A stretch of 64,000 nt of DNA from the human T2T-CHM13v2.0 reference genome, Homo sapiens, in NCBI RefSeq assembly GCF_009914755.1, contig NC_060925.1; one strand, written 5' to 3'. A program made the translations under genes and the position numbers. Shown one piece after another: positions 62,863 through 64,000 of this stretch (within the stretch, counting starts at the first letter, position 1; each line of letters opens with the position of its first letter). The notes beneath the pieces were generated by a model. It saw nothing but the letters and a program-made list of their open reading frames with translations. It was not told where the DNA came from and ran no database searches.

Positions 62863-64000
62863 CTGGCAAAGCAGAAGACATGCACAAGAAAAGAAGAGGC
62901 TGAATGAATTTTTCAAAAGCTGGAGAGGTGCTCACTGCTTACTAACATAGTCAACTTGGGCAAAATGGGAAGTTCACAGGGGGAATTCAGGGCAAAAAGT
63001 TCTATGCTGTGCTGTTTCAGGATTAAATGAGAACAAACCAAAATAAAAATAACAAAGCCATGCCAAAACAAGTTAAATACAACCATGGCTGACCCAATTG
63101 AGAACAGGAAGCTCAAAAAGGCAGTTGTGAGACCACAAAGAGACATCAACTAGTTAGATGATGGTAATCAGCAGTTTAGAGGAATTCCATTACAAGAACC
63201 ACTTTCTTGGAAATATGAATGTGAATAAGGTTTGCTTTTTGGGAAGAAATGATGGTTGAAATTCGATGTACTTGGAAGGCAGTATCTGGTGGAAAGAAGG
63301 GCAAAAGGAGGCAAAGTTAAAGGTTATATTAATTTCTTAGGAAATCATAGTAATAGAATTTCTACTTAACAAAGAGGGTTGTTTAAATTCTAGGCATCAG
63401 CCAATTCATCGCTTAGGCATAGAAAATCATAACATGAGAAAATCATGGTCATCTTCTGGAAACCATCTGAATGTGAAAGTTGTTCTACAGGCTGGCATAC
63501 ACTCTAATGCACCGCTCTCCCATTGCCTTCCAGTCCAGCCTGGAAGCCTCACAGCTTAGTTTGGCAAACTTGCCATTCTGGCACCTACCTACTCCTCCTG
63601 GCTGTCTCTGACCTTGTACAGGAGGAGGAGGAGGAGGAACCAATGTCTCTACCCCCTGCTGTAGACTGTTGCTAATAATAATTGCTGATACTTATTGAGT
63701 GTTACTCTATTACAACCATTGTGCTAAGTACATTATCTCAGTCAGTATTCAAAATACTCCACAAGATAAATACATTTTTATTTCCATTTTACACACAAGG
63801 GGATGAAGGCTTAAAGATGTTAAGGTACATGACAAAGGTCCTAAAGATTCCAAGAGGTGAAGCTGAGAGTTGTCTGACTTCAAAGTCCCTGGTTTTGGCC
63901 ACTGTATCATACTGCCTCCCAAAGTACCCTTACACAGCGCTGGAGGGAGTTAGAATGGAGAGGACTCAGGCTGTCTAATGAGTTAGCAGCTCCAAGACCA
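62863..64000 (-). other. FAM78B: 3' end of the FAM78B intron preceding the last coding exon
   Basis: Pyrimidine-rich tract (ctcttcttttcttgtgcatgtcttctgctttgccag on the minus strand) ending in AG; no further FAM78 coding sequence to the window end. Confidence 0.9.
63672..63920 (-). mobile_element. MIR in the FAM78B intron
   Basis: atacttattgagtgttact...ccattttacaca...aaggcttaaagatgttaagg...tgtctgacttcaaagtcc. Confidence 0.7.

Noticed and set aside
62863-62885. ATG start MHVFCFAR of the 181-aa ORF
   Set aside because: It lies in the intronic polypyrimidine tract upstream of the splice acceptor and is not the FAM78B start.

Overview
Human (primate) genomic DNA, repeat-rich and mostly non-coding. 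It covers the 3' end of FAM78B (minus strand; chr1q24 from my recollection) and about 60 kb downstream of it. The only real coding sequence is the last coding exon of FAM78B (62862->62340, canonical acceptor, TAG stop), followed by its 3'UTR. Two retrocopies are clear: a full-length RPS3A processed pseudogene (14296-15182, 15-bp TSD) and a 5S rRNA pseudogene (34366-34472). The rest is L1, L2, Alu, MIR, MaLR/ERVL/ERV1 LTRs, hAT DNA transposons and simple repeats. Almost all other ORFs in the track are repeat-derived or chance. I found no bacterial, CRISPR-like or multi-gene novel system. The best unexplained signals are: (1) a 53-bp-arm inverted repeat at 38128-38250; (2) a pre-miRNA-sized hairpin at 50927-50993; (3) a predicted chain of FAM78B 3'UTR splice sites (61927 -> 52756-52692 -> 51198) that would give an NMD-type isoform containing that hairpin; (4) several short non-TE tandem or dispersed duplications; (5) a dense TCF/LEF + homeobox motif cluster at 29.8-30.0 kb. 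Repeat subfamily names are by eye and need RepeatMasker confirmation.
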